This document shows, piece after piece, positions 1 through 9,346 of a stretch of 64,000 bases of DNA (within the stretch, counting starts at the first letter, position 1; each line of letters opens with the position of its first letter). The stretch is from Candidatus Fermentithermobacillaceae bacterium (GTDB lineage Bacteria; Bacillota; Sulfobacillia; Fermentithermobacillales; Fermentithermobacillaceae), in contig JAAZEL010000038.1 of the NCBI GenBank assembly GCA_012512325.1, positions 10,518 through 74,517 on the forward strand, read 5' to 3'. Under the pieces are notes generated by a model. The model ran no database searches, was not told the DNA's origin, and worked only from the letters and a program-made list of their open reading frames with translations. The translations under genes and the position numbers were made by a program.

Positions 1-453
1 GTCAGGACGCAGTTCGGTAATCCTGGTAATCTGCTCTGATTGTGATCTTCCGTCGTCCACCGATATCACATCGAGCACTACCGCTCCTGCGCCCAAGGCT
101 GCCCTGTGAGCTGAACTGGCGCTGATCGACTTGACCAGCCCGGCCACCATCATCTGAAGCCCGCCTCCGGCTGAAGACGTAGAAACGTACATGTCTGCGC
201 CCTTGTTGCCCTGCTTCGGCCGAATCAGGTTGCCATCCTCGTCAAGAAGGGGCCTGTCTATGAGTTCTTCCACTCGCTTTACCGCTTTCCGCACACCGAT
301 CATCACGTTTTCCCACGGAGCTTCTACTGTCGTGGGCATCTCTCCTCGGGTGACCAGCCTGTATTCGTCTCCAATCTTCTCAATCAGAATGGCTTTGGTG
401 GTAGTAGAGCCAACGTCTGTGGCTAAAATGGACTCAACCTTCCTGTCTTCCAT
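1..453 (-). CDS. ASKHA-fold ATPase of the GlmL/MutL (glutamate mutase L-like) family; 3' end cut by window edge
   Basis: Minus-strand translation from ATG at 453..451 gives MEDRKVESILATDVGSTTTKAILIE...SSAGGGLQMM, with DVGSTTTK and SAGGG phosphate motifs. RBS AGGAGGG lies 7 nt upstream. This ORF is absent from the supplied track because it is truncated. Confidence 0.5.
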   Translation of the reverse strand, partial: MEDRKVESILATDVGSTTTKAILIEKIGDEYRLVTRGEMPTTVEAPWENVMIGVRKAVKRVEELIDRPLLDEDGNLIRPKQGNKGADMYVSTSSAGGGLQMMVAGLVKSISASSAHRAALGAGAVVLDVISVDDGRSQSEQITRITELRPD

Positions 454-579
454 ACCAGATCCCTCCTATGTCCCCCCTGTCGCCAATCAAATACGAAAGA
501 ACATGGACCAGAGATATCTAGTTCATAGATAGGTAGAATAAGAACTCTATGAATAGTGCCGGAGGATATGTAGTGTCAG

Positions 580-1281
580 CTAGTCTTTCGAACGAAATCT
601 GCGGATGCGCCTGATGGCCGCACGCAGCCCGCCTTTTTCTTCCTTCTGTTTGTGGCCTGAGGTGAGTGCTTCGTCGAGAGGCTTCAACTTTGAACTGACA
701 ATGCGAAGGATTTCATCTTTATTCGAACAATCTTCGTAATAGTAGAGAAAGATCCCCTCCTTCATTCGCCCCCTGAAAGTCCGTATATCATGTGTAAGGA
801 GCACGCCGTCGGGAAATTCCTTGTAGGCCAAGAAAGCATCCCATGGGCGGATATCACGTGCCAGGAATGTCCTGTATCCAACTCTTTCTTCGGAAAGGAT
901 GAACGTGACAGGAAACAGATATGGGGCCAGACGATTGAGGAATATCAAGCTGATGACCGCTACAAAAAACAGCTGGGGTACCGCCCAATAAGCAAGAGCT
1001 ATACATCCGATAAACGAACCTATGACGAAGACGGCAACAAGGGGCCTCCTGGGCAGAAGCCAGTTCCTCCATCTGTACAACTCCACGTCTTCCGTGGTTT
1101 CTCGTTCCTGTTCCTGCTCAACAGGAGCAACCTCCTTGGCCCCTTCCTTGGCCTCCTCCTTGACGGCTCCCAGGGACTCTCCCCGAGGCCTTAAGCTTCT
1201 AAGATAAGCGGGCCTTCCGTCGGTTTGCACCGACCGGCTTTGCTCCGCTTGACTGTCCTTGTTTTTCCGTGACATTAGCAA
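580..1281 (-). CDS. hypothetical membrane protein; charged N-terminus, two TM helices, C-terminal bPH-like (YdbS-type) domain suspected
   Basis: 233-aa ORF with hydrophobic stretches LVAVFVIGSFIGCIALAYWAV and LFFVAVISLIFL. No confident family match. Confidence 0.5.
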   Translation of the reverse strand: MLMSRKNKDSQAEQSRSVQTDGRPAYLRSLRPRGESLGAVKEEAKEGAKEVAPVEQEQERETTEDVELYRWRNWLLPRRPLVAVFVIGSFIGCIALAYWAVPQLFFVAVISLIFLNRLAPYLFPVTFILSEERVGYRTFLARDIRPWDAFLAYKEFPDGVLLTHDIRTFRGRMKEGIFLYYYEDCSNKDEILRIVSSKLKPLDEALTSGHKQKEEKGGLRAAIRRIRRFRSKD

Positions 1282-1373
1282 CCTCCATATAAGCTACTCT
1301 TTACAGAATTCGACGATTTTTCATTATATCCTGCCTTGAATAATGGCACGCCCTGTCAAACATTCCAATGTAT

Positions 1374-2510
1374 TCATATATTCCAGGTCTTCATGATATC
1401 AAGCACCATATCCACAGGCAAGGCCATCCTGGTGTTGCCGTCTCTGCCTTCCATAGTTTCTGCAGCAAACAGCGAATTAAGAACCGCTTCTTCGGTAGCT
1501 TCGACTGCAGCTGCGAAGATCCTTCCCAATTCTTTAGAATCATCCCGTAGCCATTTGCCGGCAACGAAGCGCGAAGCATCATCGTGGGGCACCTTATTGG
1601 CTGTAGAAAACGCCACTACGAAATCCCCGCTTCCGTTTTGGAAGGTAGCGCCTACCCGTGCCAACCCGCCCCCGCACCGTTTGGCGATCCTGTAAAGCTG
1701 CCTGGGCGAGACCGGTGCATCGGTTGCCAGCACAATCACTATGGAGCCTGGAGGAGCTTTGTGCCCATCCCCCAAACGTTTCTCAAGCTCCGGCCCTACC
1801 GGGACTCCCGATATTCTCAACTCGTGCATGCTGCCGAAATTGGACATCACCAAGACGCCCACCGACCAACCGTTCCCACCGATTTCTACGCGTCTGGAAG
1901 CGGTACCTATACCTCCTTTGAAACCAAGGCACGACATTCCGGTACCGCCGCCTACGTTCCCTTCAGCCACCTGCCCTGATGCAGCGTTGTTTAGGGCAGA
2001 CAACACATGATGCTTCTTCACGTGCCTGCCCCTGATGTCATTGAGGAAGCCATCGCTGCACTCAAGCACCAAGGGGTTCACCGTGCCTGTAGTCACTCCG
2101 ATTTCCGGATTGAGTTCCAGCATATACTCACAGAGGGCATCCCAAGCCTGGCCGACGCTCAAGGTATTGGTGAGCACGATGGGGGTTTCAATCACCCCTA
2201 GTTCCCGGACTTGCGCAATGCCTGTCGCCTTGCCGAATCCGTTTATCACGTAAACGGCCCCGGGCACTTTTTCTTGGAACAGGTTGCCCGGGTGAGGCCT
2301 GATAGCCGTCACACCCGTCCTTATGGGCCCCTTACCCGGAACCAGGGACCCCTCCCCTTCTACTATCGTGGAATGCCCTACCAGAACGCCGGGCACATCC
2401 GTAATTGCGTTGTAGGGCCCCGTGGGCAACCTTCCTATGACGATCCCGGCATCCCTGCACCTGGGTCTGCTTGAGTTGCTGTAACGACCTGCACCGGCTG
2501 TGTTTTCCAT
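1374..2510 (-). CDS. DmpA/S58 family aminopeptidase (L-aminopeptidase/D-esterase-like)
   Basis: 378 aa. VPGVLVGHSTIV and GGGTGMSCLGFKGGIG are typical of the DmpA/ArgJ-like fold. Confidence 0.75.
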   Translation of the reverse strand: MENTAGAGRYSNSSRPRCRDAGIVIGRLPTGPYNAITDVPGVLVGHSTIVEGEGSLVPGKGPIRTGVTAIRPHPGNLFQEKVPGAVYVINGFGKATGIAQVRELGVIETPIVLTNTLSVGQAWDALCEYMLELNPEIGVTTGTVNPLVLECSDGFLNDIRGRHVKKHHVLSALNNAASGQVAEGNVGGGTGMSCLGFKGGIGTASRRVEIGGNGWSVGVLVMSNFGSMHELRISGVPVGPELEKRLGDGHKAPPGSIVIVLATDAPVSPRQLYRIAKRCGGGLARVGATFQNGSGDFVVAFSTANKVPHDDASRFVAGKWLRDDSKELGRIFAAAVEATEEAVLNSLFAAETMEGRDGNTRMALPVDMVLDIMKTWNI

Positions 2511-2543
2511 TGCCTCATTCCCCCGCTTGATGTTTTGCTCTGA

Positions 2544-3251
2544 CTAATCCTTGAATCCCTTGGCAGCTTCGATCAGTGCTTCAAACGGCCTGATGAAAAC
2601 ACGCTCACGCTTCCACATGCATTCAGGATGCCATTGCAGCAAGAGCACGAAATTCCTACGGCCTTCGACCACCTCGGTGACGCCGTCAAGCGCCCGGCCC
2701 GAGACCACCAGGCCCTCTCCGGGATCCCTGACTGACTGGTGATGGAATGAATTTACCGTCAACCGCCTGACCCCGAACACCTCAAACGCCATGGAGTTTT
2801 CGTCAATGATGACTTCATGTGTCCCGTGCCAACTGGGCGCCTCTTGCCGGTGTTTCATGGCGCCGCCAACCTGGGAGGGTATGTCTTGGATCAGAGTACC
2901 CCCGGCCGCAACGTTGACCACCTGGCATCCCCTGCATATCCCCAGAACCGGTAATCCGGCATCCAAGACCCTTTTTGCCACATGCAATTCGAGTTCATCG
3001 AGGCGCGGATTGACCCCACCCAACTTCAGGTGAGGCCTTTCACCGTACCTGGCCGGGTCAACATCGGCACCTCCGGGAAACAGGATGCCGTCCAGTTTGG
3101 GTAGGATCTCCTCGGCTTCCTCCTTACCCACCATGGGTATGGCCAAAGGAATGCCACCTGCTTCCAGCACGGCGGCAACATATGTATGGGATACCACAGA
3201 CGTTTCCTTTTCCTCATTCCAACTGGCTACAATACCGATTACCGGCTTCAT
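2544..3251 (-). CDS. class I glutamine amidotransferase-like hydrolase (peptidase C26, gamma-glutamyl-GABA hydrolase family)
   Basis: 235 aa with GATase1 catalytic motifs LGICRGCQ and HHQ. Confidence 0.75.
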   Translation of the reverse strand: MKPVIGIVASWNEEKETSVVSHTYVAAVLEAGGIPLAIPMVGKEEAEEILPKLDGILFPGGADVDPARYGERPHLKLGGVNPRLDELELHVAKRVLDAGLPVLGICRGCQVVNVAAGGTLIQDIPSQVGGAMKHRQEAPSWHGTHEVIIDENSMAFEVFGVRRLTVNSFHHQSVRDPGEGLVVSGRALDGVTEVVEGRRNFVLLLQWHPECMWKRERVFIRPFEALIEAAKGFKD

Positions 3252-3316
3252 TTGTACCCTCTCCTTTGAGATTTACTTGGGCAAACCGGCCTTACCGCTG
3301 TAGGATTTCAGCCATG

Positions 3317-3667
3317 CTACACCGGTTTCAGCCCCAAAGATATTTCCAAGGCCTCATCCACTTGCTTCATGATGTCCATGTCCAGCTTGGCTACCCGCTT
3401 CTTGAGGCGCTTCTTGTCTATGGTCCTTATCTGCTCGAGCAGGATGACTGAATCTTTCTCAAGGTTGGAGAGGGGGGCAGGGAGTTCCACATGCGTTGGA
3501 AGCCTCGCCTTTTGAATCTGGGAAGTGATGGCAGAGATGATAACGGTGGGGCTGTATTTGTTGCCGATATCGTTTTGGACAATCAAAACGGGCCTGAATC
3601 CCCCTTGTTCCGAACCGAGAACAGGGTTCAGATCGGCAAAGTAGATTTCACCCCTGGAAGGCTCCAA
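3317..3667 (-). CDS. mazF: type II toxin-antitoxin system toxin, PemK/MazF endoribonuclease family
   Basis: 116 aa. [28 protein letters not shown] and [11 protein letters not shown] are hallmark MazF/EndoA sequence. The gene lies immediately downstream of the antitoxin gene. Confidence 0.85.
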   Translation of the reverse strand: MEPSRGEIYFADLNPVLGSEQGGFRPVLIVQNDIGNKYSPTVIISAITSQIQKARLPTHVELPAPLSNLEKDSVILLEQIRTIDKKRLKKRVAKLDMDIMKQVDEALEISLGLKPV

Positions 3668-3991
3668 TCAAGTTTTCCTCCGTCTGGCATATAAATCGTG
3701 GCGAGCAGATTCACCTACATGGGAACGTTCTTCATCGATAGGCCCCCATGAGGGCAGACAGTCGAAATCGCATGCTATTTCTTCAGCCAAAAGCCTGTTG
3801 ATCTCGGCCATCTCCAGATAGCCGTTTATCATCTGCGCCCGCATAGTCTCCTTCTTCACCTTTTCCATGTAAAAGCAACAAGCTTCACGGATAAACAGGG
3901 AACGAGTCTTTTTTGTTTCTACTAGTATGTCGTCGATACCTGCCAATATGTCTTCAGGAAGTGCTACAACCACTCTCTTCATCTTAGCCAA
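3668..3991 (-). CDS. mazE: ribbon-helix-helix (CopG/MazE/EndoAI-like) antitoxin
   Basis: 107 aa. KRVVVALPEDILAGIDDI is an RHH N-terminus. Its stop abuts the mazF start at 3667/3668. Confidence 0.7.
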   Translation of the reverse strand: MAKMKRVVVALPEDILAGIDDILVETKKTRSLFIREACCFYMEKVKKETMRAQMINGYLEMAEINRLLAEEIACDFDCLPSWGPIDEERSHVGESARHDLYARRRKT

Positions 3992-4006
3992 GATAGGTTG
4001 GCCTCC

Positions 4007-5785
4007 TTATAGCCGGCCCTTCCCTTGCTTCTGAAACCGGTAAGATTGGGTTTCTATAAGAGCCCGGGCCTCAGGCAAACATTCAATGATGTCGCCGGCC
4101 AGTATGCCATAGGCACCTTTTCGTTTCATAGCCACTTCACCTGCAAGCCCGTGCCAGAACACTCCCAGCCATGCACTGGAATAAGAAGGGAGCCCCTGGG
4201 CAGCTAAGGCGGCAATCACTCCGGTGAGTACATCACCTGAGCCTGCGGTTGCCATGTAAGGCCCGCCTGACGTATTTACCACCAGGCTCCCTGGCGGCCC
4301 GGCCGTGCATGTTCCTGCGCCTTTGAGGCACACGATGCAGTTGCCCTGACGCGCCGCTTCCCGGGCCCACCCGGGCCTGTCCTTTTCGATCTCTTCCACC
4401 CTGGCCCCAGTAAGCACCGACATCTCCCCGGGGTGGGGTGTCAGGATAAAGCTTCCCTGGATTCGGGCCAGATATGACAGCCCGCCCAGTTGCTTCAAAG
4501 CAAACAACGCGTCAGCATCTGCCACACAGATTTTTTTCGACACAGCAGGCAGGATCTCCTTCAGAAACCCTGTCTGAAAATCCCCCCTGCCCCATCCGGG
4601 CCCGATCACCACGGCATCAGCTCGATCCAGCTTGTCAGCCACCGTGTCCACGCACTCTTGCCCCGGGTGAAACACGCCTGACGAACCGCAAGGTACCACC
4701 ATTATCTCTGGAGCCATGGATGCGCATACATTGTAAGCCTCGCCGGGGCAAATCACGGTGACGGTCCCGGCCCCGGACCTCAGGGCGCCCTTCGCGGCCA
4801 ACACAGCGGCCCCGGCCATGCCCACGGAACCTGCGATTACCAGGACATGGCCTGACAAGCCTTTGTGGTGGTTCCCGCGCCGTTCAGGCAGCAAGGAACC
4901 GGCTTCCTCAAAGGTGGCAGCCTTAGCAAGGATTCTCATACCGGCTTGGGTTGCCCCGGCGCCGGGGGTGGCTTCCTGCAAGTGGGCCGCCGAGCCGGAA
5001 CCAATTTCACCTGCCTGGTCAACCACCAGATCAGGAGAGAAACTGAGGCTTTCCACGATGAGGTGCCCCGTATACATGCGCCCCGGGTAGCTCACGAGCC
5101 CTACCTTCGCAAAGCCCATGGTGACAGTAAGGTCCGCCCTGATGGAAGGCGAATAGGCATGCCCTGAATCAGCGGAAACCCCTGAGGGTAGATCGCAGGC
5201 AATTACCGGTGCATCTTGGGAATTGGCCCACCTGATTGCCATATCCATTGGAAACCGGGGATCGCCCTTGCATCCTATCCCCAAGAGGGCGTCGATTATC
5301 AGATCCGGTTCGCCCAAGGCATCCAGTATTTCATAGGGGGACAAGGATTCACAGGAGTAGATCTCCACAGGATAAGAGGCCAACGCCTTGTAGTTCAGGC
5401 GCGCTTCCTCGGGCAACCGGTCTTCTACCCCGAAGAAGCCCACCCTCATCTTGTGCCCTCTTGCAGCCAAATGCCTGGCGGCGCAAAACCCGTCACCGCC
5501 GTTCTGACCCGGCCCCGCCAAGACCACGATGTCCTTGGCTTGTACCGGGGTTCTTGGTCTCGGGCATCCTTGTGCCGGGATGCCTTGTCCCGGCCTTTCC
5601 CGTACCGCAGCTGACCAGACATCCTCAAGTGCCCCGGGAGACATCCCGGCCAACAGGCTCTCAGCGTGGTCCGCCAACGCTCTTCCTGCGTTTTCCATGA
5701 GGATAAGGGCTGGGATTCCTCTCCTTTGAGCCATCTTGTCCAGTTCACGCATCTCGGCGGCAGAAACCAGAAGCATCCATACCAA
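4007..5785 (-). CDS. nnr: bifunctional NAD(P)H-hydrate repair enzyme Nnr (YjeF-N epimerase + YjeF-C ADP-dependent dehydratase)
   Basis: 592 aa. N-terminal domain LILMENAGRALADH...VVLAGPGQNGGDGF and C-terminal carbohydrate-kinase-like GxGD motifs. Pro-rich low-complexity insert. Confidence 0.85.
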   Translation of the reverse strand: MVWMLLVSAAEMRELDKMAQRRGIPALILMENAGRALADHAESLLAGMSPGALEDVWSAAVRERPGQGIPAQGCPRPRTPVQAKDIVVLAGPGQNGGDGFCAARHLAARGHKMRVGFFGVEDRLPEEARLNYKALASYPVEIYSCESLSPYEILDALGEPDLIIDALLGIGCKGDPRFPMDMAIRWANSQDAPVIACDLPSGVSADSGHAYSPSIRADLTVTMGFAKVGLVSYPGRMYTGHLIVESLSFSPDLVVDQAGEIGSGSAAHLQEATPGAGATQAGMRILAKAATFEEAGSLLPERRGNHHKGLSGHVLVIAGSVGMAGAAVLAAKGALRSGAGTVTVICPGEAYNVCASMAPEIMVVPCGSSGVFHPGQECVDTVADKLDRADAVVIGPGWGRGDFQTGFLKEILPAVSKKICVADADALFALKQLGGLSYLARIQGSFILTPHPGEMSVLTGARVEEIEKDRPGWAREAARQGNCIVCLKGAGTCTAGPPGSLVVNTSGGPYMATAGSGDVLTGVIAALAAQGLPSYSSAWLGVFWHGLAGEVAMKRKGAYGILAGDIIECLPEARALIETQSYRFQKQGKGRL

Positions 5786-5831
5786 CTCCTGCCTAACTTC
5801 TGAGTTTTACCGAATCCTCCAATCGAGCAGC

Positions 5832-6293
5832 TTAACGTGTCCCCTTGATAGACTCCCGCGAAGAACCTGCCCGAGTCGTTCTTGGCACTCCTACGGCGAC
5901 GGCTGCGGCCAGCTTTCCGTCGTGGGTGATGGACACCTGTATGTACGCGAGCTTGTACCGCTCCATGAGCTCCTGCGCCTTGCCACTGAGTTTAACCCTA
6001 GGCTGCCCTGCCCCGTCACGGGCTATTTCCACGTCTGTCCACGGTAAATACGGCCAGCCCCTTCCCAGGACTTTCATCACCGCTTCTTTGGCGGCTATGC
6101 GCCCTGCAAACCGCTGGAACCTGCGGCTGGGTTTGGCGGCAGCGAGGCAGTATGCCATCTCAGCTTCGGTGAAGAACCTTTGGACAAACTGCCGAGGCCT
6201 CTTCCGGTACATCTGCTCCACGCGGGGTACAAGCACCACATCAAGGCCTACTCGGAGCCGTCCTGGCTCAAACACATCCATCACGCCTTTCAT
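5832..6293 (-). CDS. acpS: holo-[acyl-carrier-protein] synthase
   Basis: Core VGLDVVLVPRVEQM...FTEAEMAYC...ITHDGKLAAAVAV matches AcpS. Start assigned to the ATG at 6293 (MKGVM); the 202-aa ORF from 6440 is probably over-extended. Confidence 0.7.
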   Translation of the reverse strand: MKGVMDVFEPGRLRVGLDVVLVPRVEQMYRKRPRQFVQRFFTEAEMAYCLAAAKPSRRFQRFAGRIAAKEAVMKVLGRGWPYLPWTDVEIARDGAGQPRVKLSGKAQELMERYKLAYIQVSITHDGKLAAAVAVGVPRTTRAGSSRESIKGTR

Positions 6294-6441
6294 GCTTTCC
6301 CTATATATTGCAGTCGAAACAAACCCCTTTGTCAATCGAACTATCAACACCGGTGAGAAGGAGACCTGCCACCAGGCATTGAAAACAACACCGGAAATAG
6401 CATCCTGGTTGAACTGATTGGGTTGACGGGGGGAGCGCAAT

Positions 6442-7899
6442 ATGGGGAATTCTCCTCTAGGCGCCTTTCATGGATTTGTCCCGGAAGATTGCAGCGCTGT
6501 CATTGTGGGCAAAGAAGCGTCGGCCACAGGCGAAGTGCTATTCGGGCACAACGAAGACGACTCAGGCAACAACGTGATGGTACAGCATCTGGTCCCCAGG
6601 GCGACACACCAACCAGGGAAGCTCGTTGAACTCGAACCTGAATGCGCCAAGATCCCCCAGGTCGGGCAAACCTGGGCGTATCTCTGGTCAGAAACCAGAG
6701 CCGACTGGAAAGCATCGTTCAGCGACACCTTCATCAACGAACGGGGTGTGGCAATAGCTTCCGACAACTGCTCTCCGTCCAGGGAAGACATGCCTGAGAT
6801 CACCAACGGCGGAATCGGGTACGGCCTAGGGCATATCATTGCCCAAAGGGCCAGGACCGCCAGGGAAGGCGTTGAGATCGCAGCCGAGCTCATAGAGAAA
6901 TACGGTTACACTGCCTCTGGGCGCGCCTACCTCATTGTGGACAAGGGCGAAGGCTGGGTGCTCCAGGTAGTGCAAGGCAAGCATTATGTGGCCAAGAGGG
7001 TCCCCGATGACCACGTGCTGTTCATTCCCAATTGGTACACCATCTACCGGGTGGACCTGTCGGACAAAGCCAACTACATTGCATCCGAAGACATTATCAT
7101 ATATGCCATAAGCCGCGGGTGGTACACCCCGGAGCGCCCCGGGGATTACAGCGACTTCAGCTTTGCCCTGGCCTATCAAGACCCCGAGAAGAACCAGGAT
7201 GGCAATATGGTACGCCACAAGAACGCCTTGAGGCTCATCCTCAAGAGGGAGCCCGCCGATATCCGGGCATTTTCGGTGAAACCTCAGGAAAAACTGGGCG
7301 TTGACGACGTAAAGGCCATCCTCCGCACCCACTACGAAGGGACTGACGATGATCTGTCCAACGGTTACGTCGTAAACCCCCATAGGACCGGCAAGCGCAC
7401 CATCTGCACCTCAACCACCCTTGAGAGTTTCGTGGTTCAATTCAGGGAGCAAGCTGAACTCACATGCATATGGCGGGCCCTGCTCAATCCGTGTACAAGC
7501 CCCTATGTACCCTGGTACCTTGGGATTACAAAGGTTCCTGCGGGTTACACCTGGATGTCACCGGAAGAAGCCCTGGCCAGCCATTTCAGCGTCCCCCAGT
7601 CCGACCTGTCATACCGCCCCGGCCGTGCATGGTGGGCTTTCCGGAACGTCCAGGATCTTGCCGATGCTGCATACGCTGAAGTATTCCCGGAGATACGGGA
7701 AGCAAGGGATGCCCTGGAAAAAACCTGGGCGGAGCAGCAAATCCAATTTGAACGGCAGGTATACGGCGTTTTCAAGGAAGACCCTGAAAAGGCCAGGGCA
7801 ATGCTGACGGACTACACCCAGGCACAGGCAGTGAGAGCGTGGCGCACCTGGTGGGCATTATTCCAGCGGTTGATGCAGAAAGGATGCAGGAGCCTATGA
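6442..7899 (+). CDS. C69 family dipeptidase (Ntn-hydrolase)
   Basis: 485 aa. N-terminal EDCSAVIVGKEASATGEVLFGHNEDD matches the C69 nucleophile-Cys region. Confidence 0.75.
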   Translation: MGNSPLGAFHGFVPEDCSAVIVGKEASATGEVLFGHNEDDSGNNVMVQHLVPRATHQPGKLVELEPECAKIPQVGQTWAYLWSETRADWKASFSDTFINERGVAIASDNCSPSREDMPEITNGGIGYGLGHIIAQRARTAREGVEIAAELIEKYGYTASGRAYLIVDKGEGWVLQVVQGKHYVAKRVPDDHVLFIPNWYTIYRVDLSDKANYIASEDIIIYAISRGWYTPERPGDYSDFSFALAYQDPEKNQDGNMVRHKNALRLILKREPADIRAFSVKPQEKLGVDDVKAILRTHYEGTDDDLSNGYVVNPHRTGKRTICTSTTLESFVVQFREQAELTCIWRALLNPCTSPYVPWYLGITKVPAGYTWMSPEEALASHFSVPQSDLSYRPGRAWWAFRNVQDLADAAYAEVFPEIREARDALEKTWAEQQIQFERQVYGVFKEDPEKARAMLTDYTQAQAVRAWRTWWALFQRLMQKGCRSL

Positions 7900-9255
7900 C
7901 ACCGAGGGGTTCCTGCGGGAATCCCATGCCCTCGCCTGCTCGGCGATGACCGACTTCAGGTAGCGGATACACCTGTCAACCGTGGCAGCATCTTGAGATT
8001 CAACCATTATCCTGACCAATGGCTCGGTGCCTGAAGGGCGCACCACCACCCGGCCTACACCTTCAAGGTCTTTGCTTACCTTCTTGACCGCTTCCTGCAC
8101 CCCGGGCAGGTTTACCACTTCCCGGGGCGAGTCACATTCCACGTTTACCAGGACTTGAGGCGCCGGCTTGACACACGAAGCAAGCTCCGACAAGCTGCGG
8201 CCCGACTCAGCAAGCACCCGGGCGAGTTTCAGGGATGTGAGCATCCCATCACCTGCAGGCAGGATGTGACCGAAGATGATGTGCCCTGACTGCTCCCCGC
8301 CAAGGGTATATCCCCCTCGCTCCATCTCTTCCAAGACAAAGCGGTCTCCCACAGGCGTTCTGAGTAGTCTAATCCCGCACGAAGACAGGTACAGCTCCAG
8401 GCCAAGGTTTGCCATCACCGTACCTACAACCGTATTCCCTGCAAGCCGATTGTTTGCAGCCATGTTTGAAGCCATAATCGCCATTATGTGGTCGCCGTTT
8501 ATCACATTGCCTTTCTCGTCCACGGCTATGCACCTGTCGCCGTCCCCGTCGTAAGCAAAACCGGCGTCGTACCCGCCGCGGACTACCTCCTCGGCCAAGC
8601 CGGCCGGAGCCGTGGAACCGCAACCTTTGTTGATATTGACCCCATTGGGGCTGCAGTTGATAAAGGTCACATCCCCATCAAGGGCCTTCCACACTTGCGG
8701 GGCAAGGTGAGACGCAGAACCGTTAGCCGCATCTACAACTATCCGCAGCCCTGACATACCGGGTTCCACAAACCCTCTGAGGAATTCCACGTAGCTCCCG
8801 ACCATCCCCCTTCCGTCGGTGGCCGTGCCAATCCTCTCGCCTGCCGGCAAAGACAAGCAGCCGGCCTCACCGAGTATCATGCGGGAAAACAGGAGTTCCG
8901 TTTCCTCTGAAATCTTCCTGCCGTCAGGGCCGAACACTTTGAGGCCGTTGTACTCGAGCGGATTGTGGGATGCGGAAATCATCACCCCGCCACCCAGCTT
9001 GAAGCGGTTCACAGTATAAGAAAGCCCCGGAGTGGTGATCACTCCCAGGCATATGGCGTCCCTTCCTGTGCTGGTGATTCCCGCAATGAGGGCTGCTTCC
9101 AGCATGCCGCAGGAAATCCTGGTGTCCTTGCCCACACAAATAGGCTTGCCCGGGGAAAGGTGCAAGCCCACAGCTTGGCCCAACCTAAAAGCAATTTCAC
9201 ACGTCAAATCCTCGTTAGCTATGCCACGGATACCGTCAGTTCCGAACAGATTCAT
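7894..9255 (-). CDS. glmM: phosphoglucosamine mutase
   Basis: 453 aa. MNLFGTDGIRG... and the phospho-Ser loop SASHNP. Confidence 0.9.
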   Translation of the reverse strand: MNLFGTDGIRGIANEDLTCEIAFRLGQAVGLHLSPGKPICVGKDTRISCGMLEAALIAGITSTGRDAICLGVITTPGLSYTVNRFKLGGGVMISASHNPLEYNGLKVFGPDGRKISEETELLFSRMILGEAGCLSLPAGERIGTATDGRGMVGSYVEFLRGFVEPGMSGLRIVVDAANGSASHLAPQVWKALDGDVTFINCSPNGVNINKGCGSTAPAGLAEEVVRGGYDAGFAYDGDGDRCIAVDEKGNVINGDHIMAIMASNMAANNRLAGNTVVGTVMANLGLELYLSSCGIRLLRTPVGDRFVLEEMERGGYTLGGEQSGHIIFGHILPAGDGMLTSLKLARVLAESGRSLSELASCVKPAPQVLVNVECDSPREVVNLPGVQEAVKKVSKDLEGVGRVVVRPSGTEPLVRIMVESQDAATVDRCIRYLKSVIAEQARAWDSRRNPSVS

Positions 9256-9346
9256 CCATGTACCCTCCGGTTCTCTTCCGATTGCCCTTGCCTACGGTGG
9301 GCGAATCCTGCTATCGCCGTGGGGTTGCTTCGCCGTCCGGTTGGGA

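Noticed and set aside
1336-2510. Multiple + strand ORFs (60-131 aa) overlapping the DmpA gene, and similar antisense ORFs inside uvrA, uvrB, secA, ctpA and flgK
   Set aside because: They are antisense to strongly supported genes in GC-rich sequence. They lack RBSs and have low-complexity translations.
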